The notes: a model not told the origin generated them from the sequence alone. A stretch of 63,846 nucleotides of DNA, filler included, from Platydemus manokwari (GCA_037951405.1; 6 parts of 6 records of this genome joined end to end with filler, not necessarily neighbours in it), one strand, 5' to 3'; counted from the whole stretch's first letter, positions 1 to 15,089 are shown. Made by a program: numbers and translations.

Positions 1-510
1 AAACTGTCAAATTAAAATACTGACATGCCCATCTCTTGAATGGAAATATATTTAATCAGTAGTATTTTACAATAACTATAACATTTGATCAATAAATTAA
101 TTATTCAAATATAACCAATAAACACTATATATCAATTAATCCATTATTCAATAATCGATTAATAATTATTTCTGACATGTTTTTGTTTAAATAGATATAT
201 CAAACATATTCCAGAATTCGATCAGAATATCGATTTTATTGGAAAATATTGAAACTTTGCGGTATTTATTTAAATCACTGAAATTTGCTTATTTCCAAAA
301 TCAAGCTTTTATTTGTCATATAAAGGCTATTTCGATTATAACTTCAAATAATTTTCCTAGTACTTGGTTTACTCACTCACTCCTTCGCATTAAATAAAAA
401 TTAGAAAATCAAAACACAAATAGCCATTATGTTTCTACTCTATATTATAAAAAAGTTATTTATAGACGACTTTTAAAATATAAAAATTATTTTTCAAATG
501 GTGTTTAAAA

Positions 511-1268
511 TTAAAATAATTTACAAGACATCCCCCCAATTTTATAATTATCCCATGGTAATGTGTGTATTTCATCGTCTTCAATACATATTTTGTCACC
601 CAGCTGAGATATAGCATCTTCATCATGTTCATAATATCATAATCTATATTTATCACTAATGAAACCCTTAATCACAAATACCACGGTTAAATTATAATAA
701 ATATCACAAATTACAGTCTAATTTAATGTACGAGCTGCAAAATTTTTGTTAATATTTTGATCTAATCAAACTTGTTTCTGAAGCACGAATTTAAAAATAT
801 TTTTCGATTTTCACTATTTTAACATTTTGCCTTTTTCTAAAATTTTCAACTGCCTTCTCATCAAGTGAATTAGAAAATAATTTAAATAATTCAACTCCAA
901 ATTCATGTACTTGCTTTAGTGATCCTTCTTTATGCAATCTTGAATTCCACGTAATTTCTTAACAATCAATTTTCCATGAATTTTTTTATCCCATTCCCTG
1001 ATGTAAATAGAAATCTAGATTATTCTCCAAGACAATATATTTATATTTATTTTCTTGGTTCAACATTAATTTTTCTGAAAAATTATCATCTTTATTTAAT
1101 TTCTTTCGATTTGAAGACAACATATCATAATTTATATTTCTTTTATTTAGAGCTAATTGATTTATTATTTTCGAGTATACTTATAGGGTGTTCTAAATCA
1201 GATTTATACATAAATTGATTATGTGGGTTTCTTATGAATATAATTGCTGTTTTTGCATTGAATTTCAT
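511..1268 (-). pseudogene. Decayed intronless coding relic, family not recognised
   Basis: Manual minus-strand translation gives long protein-like runs broken by sparse stops and frameshifts (MKFNAKTAIIFIRNPH..., ...EITWNSRLHKEGSLKQVHEFGVELFKLFSNSLDEKAVENFRKK..., ...YEHDEDAISQLGDKICIEDDEIHTLPWDNYKIGGMSCKLF*). No motif identified. Confidence 0.35.
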
Positions 1269-2450
1269 AGATTATTTCTATTTAATTTTAATTAAAATAT
1301 GTATTTATTGTAAATATTGTAATATCAATTTAACTTCTTGAGAAAAGATCAAATTCAGAAATATCAACTAAACAAAAGAATTAAAAAAATTCTAGACATA
1401 CTTATAAATGAGCTGAATACAATTATTGATAACGTGTGCATACCGCAAAATATTCTTCATACGGTTTCAAGTCTCAGTAATAAAATCTAATTCCTTTGGT
1501 ACTGGTTCACAAGCCTATTGATGACGCAATTTCATTAAATAATCGAAAATAATTTATCAAACTTAGCGTCACTAGTAGCTCAGTTTGCAACTAGGATCTA
1601 GCTACCTTACACAACTGTCGTACCACCAAGGGCTTTTACGAAAACTTCACAGGAGAGTCTGTAGCACCTTCATAATTGATTCCTCTAGTTGATTAGACCC
1701 ATAAATAAGAATTTCAAAATAAAAAGTCTTGTTAAAATTTTTTGTCGATTAATCACATTGTTAATCTCAATCCATTGAACTTTGTTTTAATAGTTTTGGA
1801 TTATTTAATTAAATATTAATGTAGTTAACCATAATTATACACCAATCACTGGAGTCAGGTTGCGTTCAAATCAATAATTAATATTACCTAAACAAAAAAC
1901 TATAAATCATATTTAAGTTTTAATTTTCTTACCCATTTGTTTTCTTCATTTATCTTGACCAATCAAAACAGACAAATAAGTGTGTAATTAATTTTTGTAA
2001 CTTTTTCTTATTAACAAGAAAATTCTTGCCACAAATAGAGATTTGTCAAAATCGTACAATAAAACTGAGCAAATCAATTGCCTTTTCGAATATATTTTAT
2101 CGAGAGAGTTACGGATTTCCAATGGATTCTGGATTCTTATGAATTCTACTGACAATTAAAGATGAAACTAGCTCAACAAGATATTTCACTTGTTTTTTGA
2201 ATAGCGAATCATTCACATAGAATTTGATAAAATGTTCTGACAATAATTTTAGCACATAATATTTTATTTCCTTCGCAGACTAAATTTGTCATTATTTTTT
2301 ATAACTGACTCAAATTTAAACAGAATATTTTGATATTATTCACCGATATTCAACATTATCAAATCAATTCAAATAATAAAAAGCATAAAGTTAAATTCAA
2401 ATAACTAACTTTATTCAAAATATAATTAATATATAAAAATAACTCAAAGT

Positions 2451-3169
2451 TTAAAAATTTAAAATGTTTCCCGCAATTATCTCCAATTCTCTAATACCGA
2501 CCATTTCTGTAGATTTCATTCCACCTTCCCATAGAGTTTTCACAATTGCAAGAGTGTTGTATTTAGATGTAAAAGGTTGTTTTTCTAATTTGGCTACTTC
2601 TTCCAGTTTTGTGTTCAATTTGATAGTATACTCAGGTTAGAAATATCTGGCACCGAATAACGATTGTCTTGCTTCCTCTTTGGTGAAGATTGAGGGAAAG
2701 TATTCATTTTTTTAAGAAATATAATATGAATGTGATGTGTTCATGATTTTTATTTTGAAAATTTGAAAATCAAACAATATCTTTTGTAATTTGAGAACAT
2801 TATAGCAAACTAATGTGCCATAACCTTGTATTTCGTCATTTCGATAATAACTATAATCAATTTCATAGAATCCGTATTTTATTTTAATCCGTAGATCAAT
2901 TTCAAAATTTCCTTCGACCTTTAACTTCAATATTGATTCACTATACTTGTTACAATAATTACATTTGATCTTAGATTCAAATTTATTCTTGTTCATTACA
3001 CACACATCAAGTGAAAATTGTGTCCACAATTCAGTTGTAAGTGTGGTTGATTTTCTAAAATATCATTACAAATTGAGCAAGCATTGCTTTCAGAATCACT
3101 GATGTCAATGATTGATTGGTCATCAATCAATGGAATTGTCACATTATTTTCGTCAAATTGCTGAAACAT
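2451..3169 (-). pseudogene. RING-H2 finger protein pseudogene (intronless, ~240 codons)
   Basis: ATG at 3169 gives ...CSICNDILENQPHLQLNCGHNFHLMCV. A 2-nt slip in the (CA)4 run at 2999-3006 shifts into ORF 2712..3029 (VMNKNKFESKIKCNYC), completing a C3H2C3 pattern. Two in-frame stops and one more frameshift follow. AATAAA on the minus strand at 2410-2415. Confidence 0.75.
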
Positions 3170-3195
3170 TAATGTAATGTAATATTGTGAATATT

Positions 3196-3226
3196 ATTAT
3201 ATATACAAATGTTATGATGACGTCAT
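3196..3226 (-). promoter_or_regulatory. Candidate compact promoter: TATA-like run plus perfect CRE/ATF palindrome
   Basis: ATGACGTCAT at 3217-3226 and TATATATAA about 30 bp upstream of the RING-H2 ATG. Confidence 0.35.
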
Positions 3227-6200
3227 GAATTGAACAGAAACAGAAAATTTCCTTTATTATGAAAAACGACTTGGACAAAATGAAATGATGTCTTTGTTAT
3301 TACATTTTAGGATATGAGCAGATGAATACGTAATACAGACGCAGCTTTTGGTGATAAATTAAAATAATTTATGTTCACAAATAAAAGATATTTTATATTT
3401 CGTTATGGATGGCTACTTAGTGTAGGGGTTTAGAAGTCTTTCTGGCATGATGATTACAATAATTTGTAAAACTAAGAAATTATGTAGTAAAAATTAAGAT
3501 GACAAAAGAATGTATCAGAGCCTTATAAAGAAAGGGTAATTGAGAAGTTCACTAAGTTATCGTTGGTCGTTAACCATTAAAATAAATCCAGAAATTATAT
3601 ACATATATAAATATGGTTGAAATTCAGAGAGAAAATATAGTCAATTCTACTAACTTAAAATAACAGAGATAACATATTGGTTCGACGAAAAGGAATGGGG
3701 AACTACAGGTATCGGAGGCTGCTACAACATTATGAAAGAATACTAGATAGCACCATTCAAATGGAAACAATAGTAAGAGTGAAACAAATGTGAGGATGTC
3801 TAAGGATGAATAAATAGACAAACAAATAGCGTGAGAAGTGCTTCTTATGTTTCACAGTACAAATATATATGCCAACAGTTTTCTAATTTCCCAGGAATTA
3901 TGAGACCTATGACTTAAATGCCGATGAATCATTTTATTCGCCTGATTTTCTATTTATTAAATAAAAATGATTTATTATAATGCTGGTCAATTATTTTATT
4001 TACGAGCATTTATCATAAATTAATTATTAAAGATTAATTTAATAAGGTGTATTTTTTCGCTTTGCTTGTCTGATCATTAGATAGGAATTTTCATTTTGTT
4101 TATTCCGGATTTCCAGCCCATTTTAAAAGTTCAGTATAATCACTATGAATATTATTATATTGTATATAGTAATATTCTTTCTTCAGTTTATATTTAATTA
4201 ATAATACTTCTATGATTATTATAAATGTACATCAATAAAGTTAATTTTTCATGCAACATTTTTGGCTTTTACTAGCCATTCACAGAAATAATAATAAAAT
4301 ATTAAACATAGTATGTGAAATGCAGTGAATTCAAGATTATATTTTGAAATTTATTATATCACGCCTTCTTTGTATTATTTAATTTTATAATTTTCTGATG
4401 GTGTTATAAAAAACAACCAAGACATTTCAAATTATCAGATTATTACCGACTGCAATTATTAAATAAAACATAAAACTATAAATGCTTGTCGTGAGGAATT
4501 TGTTAGGAAACGATATGATTACCAATACAGATTCAGTTAAAGTATCAAATACATTAAATCAGCAATTTATAACTTAGATTATTAAAAAAATGCAATAACT
4601 TACTAAGTAAATTAATTTATATTTTGAGATCAAAATGAAAGAATCGATAAATTTTAATATTGTTGCTCATGAAAGAAACATCGAAATTGAACTCAAAATA
4701 TGAGTCAATTGATATGAATTTAATCCGGTGACTCAATAATATACATAATGATAGTTAAAAATCAACAACCAGAGATATAAATTTAATAAACTACAAGAAT
4801 TTATTAGATAATAATATTTAATACATTTAAACAATCGATAAGCACATGAAATTAGGAAATGATATTTTCAATTAGAAATAAATTATATCCATGTTAAAAT
4901 TTATGTAAACAATGCAAGTATTGGATATTTGAGGATTATGCACAACGAATGGGTATGGGAGTACTGAAAAGTAGTATTTCAAGAGTGATGAAACTCTAAA
5001 TAATTTTTTTAATATAACAAAAGTTTTATTTATTTAGTTGTAGACTTATAATACATTAAAGTATTGCATTTTTTTATGTTATTACCGTATTTCTAACAAT
5101 TATTTTACTTCGATAACCAGAGGTTCTTAAAATGGTAGTAAAAGACCAAATATCATGACTATGTTCTCGTTTGAGAATATTAACATTTATTGACAATTTT
5201 TACACAATTGAGTTTTTGCAGTGTTTTATAAAATATATTTTAAAACCAGAAGATTTGTGATTACTTTCAAAACGAACATAAATATAAGTCAAGTACAGAA
5301 CTAACCACTTTGAGTTTGACTAAATTAATAACGATTAATTTCTACTTTCTAATTTAAAATTATCCTTTTATTTTGAGTCAAATTTCAAAATTTTAATGTA
5401 AGTATGTCTCGAATACTTGACATCAGCCTTATACTCAAATTATCAAAAGTTACGGGGCTTAGTGAGTTTAATTTATTCCAATTAAATATAATAACATGAA
5501 AAAACCCCGAACATTTATTATAAGAGTAAAAAATAATAAAAGTAGTGTTTTTTCAAAACTTTCAAATACGAAAATCAATTAATTGGAATCCATTCTAACA
5601 CATAATCTCAGAATAAAACCAATAAACCAAAAATAGATTGATGCTAGCTCCTGGAATAAACCTGCTGATATATAAGAGTATTTTTAATAAAAATAATTTT
5701 GGGAAACCATTGACTAGCTAGTGCTCCAGTCAGATAATGAGAAGAGCGATGAAAAAGCTTCAATTATCATCAGCTAAGTTAGGGCGAGAGCATAATAAAC
5801 TGGGAAACACAACGCAACAAAAGAAACAAATATATTATCCACATCACACCTCACGTCACTACCCAATCATCCACAGCCGATGAGTTTTAAAAGCCGACGG
5901 CTTTTTTAGCTTAAAAATTTGCTGACAAGAAAACCTATTTGAAAAAAAACGATCGGTAAAAATGCAAAAATTAATCTTTAATAATGATAACAAATTTTTA
6001 AAAAACCTTTACCATTCTTAAGGGTCTCATCTTTGGAATGTACATATTAAAATTAATACTCGAAGCTGTAGGAGAAAGGAAAACAAGCTCTCACATTCGT
6101 GGTGAGATATTTTTACCATTTTGTCAAATTCGTTTGAATTCATTATGTAATAATTGTAATATAAATAAAAATTTGTTAATAAATCTGTGTTGTTATTTAT

Positions 6201-9200
6201 GATAAAAAATATTTAAAATTAAAGAACTCACGCTGTTGAGTTGTACACAACACCGATAAATATAAATTTTGAAGTTTGCTCACAGCGAACCTCATAAGTT
6301 CCAGTGCTATTCGGATTTAACTTAAAAATGAGAGATCTCTTCGTTATGTAATACATGTTTACAACTTCTTTTATCGCAACACTTATCGAGGTAAGGCATT
6401 AATTTTAATTTTATTTTAATAAATTTTAAAGAATTTTTAAAAAAGCTATTATGTTAATAATTCAACTTATGAAAAAAGTTTATGTAAAATTTAATGAATA
6501 CTTATTTAAATTTTCATTATTTTTCCATCTCTAATGAAATGATGTTATTAAAGCAATAAATTCAAGATAAGCGGATTACAAAGTAGATTAAAAGAATTAA
6601 GAGAAAGCTAACAACAAATATATTGGAGAAATAATTCAAGTCGAATAATTCAAATCCAACTTACAACACGGCACTTAATTCAACACAAGAATTAACCATT
6701 ATTACCCTGAATAATTAATTAAAATTTAGAATACAATTTTCAAGTTACAAAAACAGTAAGATACAAAGGTCGCATTTCGTGAGCAAAGTATTTACAAAAA
6801 TTTTCAGTTGCATTTATTTTTATGTTCACAGCAATAGAAAATCATTTGGTATATTGATTATTTCAGTAAAGAATTGTGAAAGTGTTGGAAAATGATAGAA
6901 GACATATTGAATTTAATATTATGCTACCCAGACCATTTATAATCAACACAACTCTTGATACAGCCGCAATTCAATAACTTAACCATCACAAAGTTTCAAT
7001 ACAAAACTAGTGTAAATAAAAAAACAAAAACACATAAACCAACTAACTTTATTTATACCTTCTAAGGTCAATTTAAATAATTTCACTATATCTTATTTAA
7101 ATTACAAATGGAATTTTATGGGATTCTATTTTTATTATATCTTGAATCAATTACTATATTTTGAATAAATTTTCTACTTCAATCATTTCATTTTGTTTTA
7201 ATTTATTGCACATGTTGAATTAACATGATTGATTTGACATTTGAGTAACTAAACACGATTTTAATTTAATGATTATAAGCATTATATACAATAGTCAAAG
7301 TATGTAATCGATGAAATCACTACTTAATAAACGCTAGAAAATAAAATACAATAAACAAAATCCGGAGGATGCCAGCATTGTTTCGAAATTATTTTATACC
7401 ACAATGTTTAATTTTGAAATGACCATACTTGAAAAAAACTTTAATTAGTATTACCGATCATAAAAATTTGAACACATACGAGATAAAATATGTGAATCCA
7501 TCGAGTAAGAGGATATTTTCACAAGTTTTTAGGAAAATCATTTCGAAAATACTAGTAATTGATCTAATAAACTCAATTCATAAACTAATGATTAAAATTT
7601 CCATAAGGGATTTTTTGCGGATCAGAATTCTGAATTCGGGGCAGAATCTCAAATTTAGAGAATATGTAAGCCAAATCAATCCCTCAGATCGATAGATTAA
7701 AATGTGAATATTTAAATTGTTTGACGGAACAGCATCAATAATATGTAAGATATCTCTGCTGATGATCTATTCCCACTATAATGAACATCTAAAATAACCT
7801 AGAAACTCAGCAAATTCAGTTAATTAATTATGACAAAAGCAAACATTGATTTTTAATAATCATCAACATTTAACATTTAGGAATAAAAAAATGTATTTTG
7901 ATTGATATTTATAGATTTAACACAAAAATTGTATTTTCATTTTCACATTGTATTTTTGTGTTTATATATTAAGATAGAAAGAATATTTGGCTACAATGAA
8001 CCATCGATAAGTGTGTCAATCGATTACAATGATACAATGAGAAATAGAAATGTAATAACCCAACAAATATTCAAGAATACTATCACAATTTTAAAACCAC
8101 CTTTTATAAAGAATTACAAAACATTAAAAAACCAATAAAAGGTTTGGTCTAAATACGTCGAAAGATTGTAATGGCAGATATGGAGTCGGTATCTGAAAGA
8201 ATAAAAAATTCACGACAAGCTAATAACTAAAAAGTAAACCGAATTTCGTGAATTGGTTCATTTTAAAACGAATATCTATATTACGTTTATATGGCTATTT
8301 GTGGTTTAATTTGTTGTCAATGTACTGGATTTTTACCTAAGAATTTTAATTTGAAACAATAAAAACATGTAAAATAATTAGCACGTATAATAAAGGCTGA
8401 AGTAATTACATGATTAGGAAAAAATTAGGGTACTACAAATAAATAATAAATGACTTAAATTGATAAATTAAGAAAAAACATTAGATATTTCACGGCTCTG
8501 TAAGATGTGAGAACAAGGACCTCGTAATAGATAACAAAAACAAGCATGGTTTACCACAAAAAATATTATTACATTAAACGAATAAAGTACTAAATTAAGT
8601 AAATTATTCTAACAAAGTAACTGAGGTTGGGCTTCTTCAATATTGCCCAATCCAAGCTAATACTTTTGTCACTGATATTTTTCTGATTAATTTGTTGTAT
8701 TTTTTGTTATTTATCACAAGATGGTTTTATTTTAAGTTATCAGGTGTGTTCGATCCAAATTAAAGTTTTCTATTTAATTAAAATTACTTTTTACACTAAG
8801 TTTAGCAAAAAAGAAAAAGGACCAACTAGAGAACAGTCGACCTGTCAACACTTCTAATTATTTAATATAGTATTTAAGTAAATTATCTATTTTATCTATT
8901 TATATTAACTTTAATTTTTGATGATTTATATTCCGTTTTAAACTGTTAGCTGCTACTATTTAACTAAATACGAATTGAAAACGAATTCAAGAAAGTCAAC
9001 TCAAAAATTATATTTAACCAAAATATTCAAACAAATTATTTAAAAATATTTTTAATCAGTTGTTTTTCTTAAAATGATTAAAAATTATTTATAATATCTT
9101 TCAAATCTTCATATCGCCCCTTCTTTATGTTCTTAAATTTTCTTTACATCTTTTTTAATGAATTCTGAAATTTCCTTATATTTTCTTAAAAGATTATTTA

Positions 9201-11099
9201 GATACTTTGTTTTTATATCTTATTATCGTCTTTTTATGTAATAGAAGTGCTTTCCTTATTGTTTAGCCATAATTTAGTCATATTTGGCCATTATTTTGAT
9301 GTTATTTGGATATTGTTCGATGGTTTTTGAAATTTATTTGGTCTTTTGATATAAATATATTTGCAATTTTCTTTTTATTTTCTATATTTTTTTTCTAATT
9401 CCTAAATTTATCCCATTACACATGCTAAATACGTAGAAGTGATAATACCCCTTTGTACCTCAATAATTTTTCTATATATAATTATCAATATTGTTTAGCA
9501 CTGAAAAAATAAAAGTACGTTAGACTGACGTATAATACTTCAAAAATCTAACCAATTATCATTCCTATCTATCTTCACTTACGCATATCTGAGAGTGTAT
9601 TAGTCAAATAGAACCTATGCTAAAAGTAGAAAACATAAAAATAAAGCACGAAGAAGAACAACTTGGCTTTATCTAAGAGGAAAGCCATTAAAAAGAGTCC
9701 AGCAGAAACCTTTGTGTTCATTAAATTAAAACAAGTATAAAGACATCCTTGGTTAAGAAATTACACAAACAATGAGTTATATTTATTTACATAAAACTTA
9801 CAAGAGTAACATCTTGTTGAAGAATTCTACGAAAATTTACAAGAATCCAAACATCATTTACGTAAAATTATTACTTTACAATGAAAAATCGACTAGCATT
9901 CTGACGCATAATTTGCGAAAACGAGATTAGAAAAAATTCACAATTTCAGAAAAGAAATTTAACTTACTGTTAACGATGTTTGTCAACAGAATTATCATTT
10001 ATAATTATTTAAACTGGTAAATTTAATTGTTTGGTATTGAATATGAATTTATTTTCATGAATTTTCCTTATTTTGTTAAATTTAACTAAAATCAACCTCT
10101 TTATATGATCTATTTACAGAGGATGCACGACCAATTAAGAGTCAAATTCTAATAATCTATCAATCAATTCTCTAGGATTTACTGAAATGTTTTAAATTAT
10201 TTTGATTTTAACATGTTTTACTGTATTATTTGCTTTCAATCCATGTTTTATTTAAATATTATCTATGATTTATAAATAGAGGCTATCGACAACACATGTC
10301 GGAGATAGAAAGTATGGCTAATAGCGAATGTAATAGTTTAAATTTAGAATCACTCGTTGGACAAAAGATATGTATGAACTCTGAAAAGTCATTTATATTT
10401 TTCGAAAATTAAAGGAGAATAAATAATTTTAATTTTTTGCTTATTGATTGCATAACTCTTTAGAATCCACTTAATAATACTATTGCTTTGGTTGAACGTT
10501 TTTATAAATTACGGCGCACAGTTATGTTCCCAATAAAATGAAGTAATTACAATTTATTAAATGGCTGATAAAATAACAAAAGATATGATTATTGCAGTAA
10601 GATACTTTATACATAAGATCGCAACTACAAATTACTGTTAGTAGATTAGTTTGATTACCAGGAAATGTGATCTAATGCATTAATTGAAGTCCGACGTGAT
10701 TAATATTCAAACAATGACATGTATTCAAAGTCTTATAACGTGAAAATTTTCTGTTGTGGTTAGGCATAAAATAAATTCTATGAGAACTCGTATGAACAGT
10801 CTTTATTTTTATTTTCTACTGCTGATAACATGTAATAAAGTTTTCCATTATCTGGTTTATAACGTTTAATTACAAAGTAGCATTAAATAATTTGAATATT
10901 TTAATTTACAATTGTATTTTACGAGTTGAATACTATTTTAATATGTAAAAGTACTTTAAGTCATAGAAATTGAAAAGATGAAATAGTATTTATAAATATA
11001 TAAAAAGAATAATAAATTAATAAAATTCTCTAAAAATTGTTAAATGTTAATTAAGCCTTTGAAGGTCAATAATAAATCCTACATAATTCAGCGTCAATG

Positions 11100-11760
11100 T
11101 CCTTTAACTAATGTTCTACGGTGGAAAAATAAGGAACTTTGTTCCACTGCTTCAAAGACTAACAGTCATCATAGAAGTCATTAAAAAACCACATGTAACC
11201 GGAATAATGGATCTTATCACACCAAGCTCCCAACAACCTGCTACTACTCAATTATTTCATCAAGACCAACAAATCAACATTGTGCCGGAACTGCAATATG
11301 CAACAAGAAACTGATGTTCATATCTTATTTAATTGTCAAAATTTTACTGGATTGGCCTCAACGTACTCGATAATGCTTGATTATTCAGGTAAATATCTGC
11401 AATCAATCGACTTTGACAATGACAGAGATAACATATACCAGAATTCATGACTAAACTTTCGCCAGAATTGGTGAACTGAAAGAAAAGTATAAGTCAATCC
11501 TACACCGTAGATCTCAAAAATACTTTGACTTGAGTCAAAACTTTCAACGTCAAAGTCTCCTCAATCAGAAAAAATACAGAAGCATTTTCACAGAGATCTG
11601 CAAGAGATTCGAGACTTACCTTGATGCCATCTGCACCGGTGTTCTTTGGTTTTGAAATCCTCACAATATGAGACTTAACAAAAAGTAAATAAAGATCATT
11701 TCAGTTTCCTGATGACCCTTCTGTTTAGAGATGCCTTTGCCATTTACAAGCCTCACATAG
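11100..11760 (+). mobile_element. Decayed 3' end of an RLE-type non-LTR retrotransposon (NeSL/Utopia/R2-like)
   Basis: CCHC knuckle CRNCNMQQETDVHILFNC starting at 11283, preceded by KLPT. Followed by PELV...VDLK and FQRQSLLNQKKYRSI...DAICTGVLWF*NPHN, which match restriction-like endonuclease motifs. Several stops and frameshifts. Confidence 0.7.
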
Positions 11761-14175
11761 ACTAAAACTAAAGCTTGAGATCGATCTCTAACTCTATGAG
11801 ACTAGCCAGCCAAAACGACGAATGAATTACAATCATAGATTTCCTATTAGTCATTTATATCATTTAGTACTTATACCATGCAATCTACGATCAGATATTA
11901 AGAAGAATTTGTTTATTACCGAGTTTTAGCTAGACAGATAAAATTAACCGTTTTTATTATTGATGAATATTCATTGTTAATAGTACTCAAATATCATCAG
12001 CAATCAATCCAATTAAAATAACTAATCAAGAATAACAAATTACTTCACCATGAAAAACCTATCAATAATCCAAGTAGTTTATATATTTAAAAGAAACTAT
12101 AGATAATTCAAAAACTTTTCTAAGATGTAATTTTAACAAAAAAAAATATCTGCTCGGTTCAATTCTGTAAAATCAGAAAGAATTTCAGAGACAATATATT
12201 AGGCAGAATAGATTGATAGTCAAAGTTTATTTAGTAGAATAAAGTTAGTAAATTTTAGCGATTTAGTCTTTTAATTTAATGTGAACAATTGCTATATATC
12301 ATTTATTAACACTATCTAATTCCATTTGATTTTATTATTATGATTATTATTATTTAATTTGATTAATAGGAGTGAATATACAACGCTAATGGTCATCCAA
12401 GTAGCCATTATATGCTGTTACAATGGTATAGTTATTAACAAAAAGGAGAAATTATAGTAAACAATGTAATAAATAATATTTTCGGTAGAAATCAAAAGAG
12501 CCTTATGTCAGAAAATTTCACCAACAGATTAAATCACTATTTAACAATTTTGTTGTAACGCCTCTACCATAAATCGACACCAAATACCCTAGCGCACTTA
12601 TACTATTAAATCACGTAACCCAATGAAACTTTTCACCAAAAGAATTTTACATATGAAATTATTTTAGTATCAGGAATTTTTAGAAAACATTAACGTTCTA
12701 CCATAGATTAATCTTAATAATTTGGGTGATCTTCGCACTTATTTCTTACGTATATATATCGTCTTATCTTGCATGGAAAAATGTTGTTTTAAAAAATTTA
12801 ATTTAATGAAAAAATTAATTTTGAAAATCTTCGATTAAATAAGTGTAGCTATCCAGTTGTAATATAATACAAATTAAAATCAAATTAAATTTCTCTATTT
12901 ATCTACCCAATTATTCCTACTCTTTAAGTTTGTAAGTATTCATGTAATAAAAGGCGCCTAACGCAAAGTAAAATAATTTTTAGTTGTTGATTTGTTCTAT
13001 CTTTCTGGTATTTGAACATGTTTTATTGGATCAGCGTTTATTTTGGATATTGTATCATATTCATTATACCCGTTAACACTTTGTAATTAATTATTTAACA
13101 CCTCATTCTATTTTTAGGTAAGCTTTTTATTATTGTAGTAGTATAATTATGAAAAGTTGTGTGCATAAAGGGTTTTATTTATAGATACCCCATACTAATA
13201 TTTCTAAATATGGCGTCTTCATATGACTAATTGAAGTATCTGTTATGGTCGGTGTATAACAGCTCACCTTCAAATTCTTTCTTCAAAGTCACTACAACCC
13301 ACCACCTAAATTGTATTTTTATTAAAATAATCTCAGTTTTGAATATACTCAATTTAACATAATGAATTTTATAATTCAACAAATTTGTATTTAAATAGTT
13401 AAGATGAAAGAAATTACTTTCTCCGTGAAAATAGTCATTCACCAAATTAAAAACAAATTTATATTAAATGCTATGATAAATAATATACAATAATAACACT
13501 ATTATTATTCTTCATTGATTCTACTAAAGATGTTACAGAGATATTTGGACAAATGTGTTACTATTGAATGTATTGTTGACAAAATATTGATTTTTCAAAT
13601 AAATATCGTATTCTATTGAAAACCAAAATAATCACATATTACATTATGTTAAATTAAATTGTAATATAATCAAAGGTCGTCGCACTTGATTTCATTAATT
13701 ATTTACAAACATACGAGTAACAAAATAACTAATAAAAACAACTCAAACCAACAACCAAATTTCTAAAAATAAAACAGATTAAAGTTACAATTGATAACGC
13801 AAATAAAAATTTAAGTTATTGAAAAAAAAAAAATTAATTAATAAAATATATTTTAGAAAATGAAGCAAAATCTGGATATTGAACCAGGAATATTTATCAC
13901 CCAAAATGAACTTGTAAAATCTATTATAATCAACATTAGAAGTCATAAAGTTAAATAATAAGGATATTCAAATTTTAAAAATTTATAATACAGAATTTTT
14001 GAGCACAAAATCAGAGTATAAAAATTATTTTTTATTTACTGGAAATGGAACCAAATTTTAGATTACAGATAATTTATTAAACATTATTTTGGGAAATAAA
14101 AATGAAAAAATCATAAAGAAAAGGAGAATACAAGCAAAAACAAAGCAAACTCAAATTTGGTAACAGAAAAATTGA

Positions 14176-14275
14176 NNNNNNNNNNNNNNNNNNNNNNNNN
14201 NNNNNNNNNNNNNNNNNNNTTAATTAATTAANNNNNNNNNNNNNNNNNNNNNNNNNNNNNNNNNNNNNNNNNNNN
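14176..14275. other. Artificial contig-join spacer (44 N + TTAATTAATTAA + 44 N)
   Basis: Six-frame stop linker at 14220-14231. The same 100-bp structure occurs five times. Confidence 0.97.
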
Positions 14276-15089
14276 TAATTTGTAATTATTGATGATATTA
14301 CATAATAAATATATAATTAATTTTGCGCCCATATAACCGATAAGATCCGAAATTTACAAGAGTGATGGAAATCCTAGGTACAAAGTACCGAATCTCAGCA
14401 TCTATATATGCTGATGAATTTCCATCACTATTCACTCTAAAAAACTCGATACAGCGATATCATAGTTACGACAGAGATATTGAAATAAAAGAATTGAATT
14501 GAACGGTAAAGAAACAATAATATTGCAGTTATTTTATTAAAAGAAATTTAAATAAATTATAATTAAACTCTAAAGGATCTGCTTTTAGAGTCAATATATA
14601 TAATCTATAGTAAAATTTTAAGATGCAAGTTTTTTTGGTTCTCACGGTCTCTGTGAGACAACCTTACCGATTTGTTTATATAAATTTTTAGTGTGAGTTA
14701 AAATCTTTGAGTTAAATTTTTTTGTCTTTGTAAATTTGTTTTCTGCGATAAATAAGGTTTTTTTAACAAGTTTGACTGTTATTTATTTACGATTTTTCAA
14801 TTTAAATATAGCAAGGGAACTCAAGTTGTTAAGTTGACAAAACAACTTTTAACATCACATACAACCCAACAGAATTATTAAATATTTATTATTACAAATT
14901 TAAAATATTTTCTCAATTATTGCCCTTCCTAATTAGGAATGTGTACATGGATTATTTAAAAGTTACTTCATAATTAATCTTAAATAACTTATTAAAATTT
15001 AAATTCGTAAGAATTAAATTATATTTAATTTGTTGATTACAATGTTGCTCACAAAAATAAAAAATTAAAACATTACACCAACAACCCAT

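Noticed and set aside
5889-5905. Perfect hairpin AAAAGCCG-A-CGGCTTTT followed by T residues, terminator-like
   Set aside because: Eukaryotic context, no upstream gene, and no CTRR end to suggest a Helitron.
6328-6397. Short ATG-led frame ending at a strong GAG|GTAAGG donor
   Set aside because: Only about 12 codons, with no partner exon or homology.
14220-14231. Recurrent palindrome TTAATTAATTAA as a biological repeat or homeodomain site
   Set aside because: Always centred in exactly 88 N, so it is an assembly linker.
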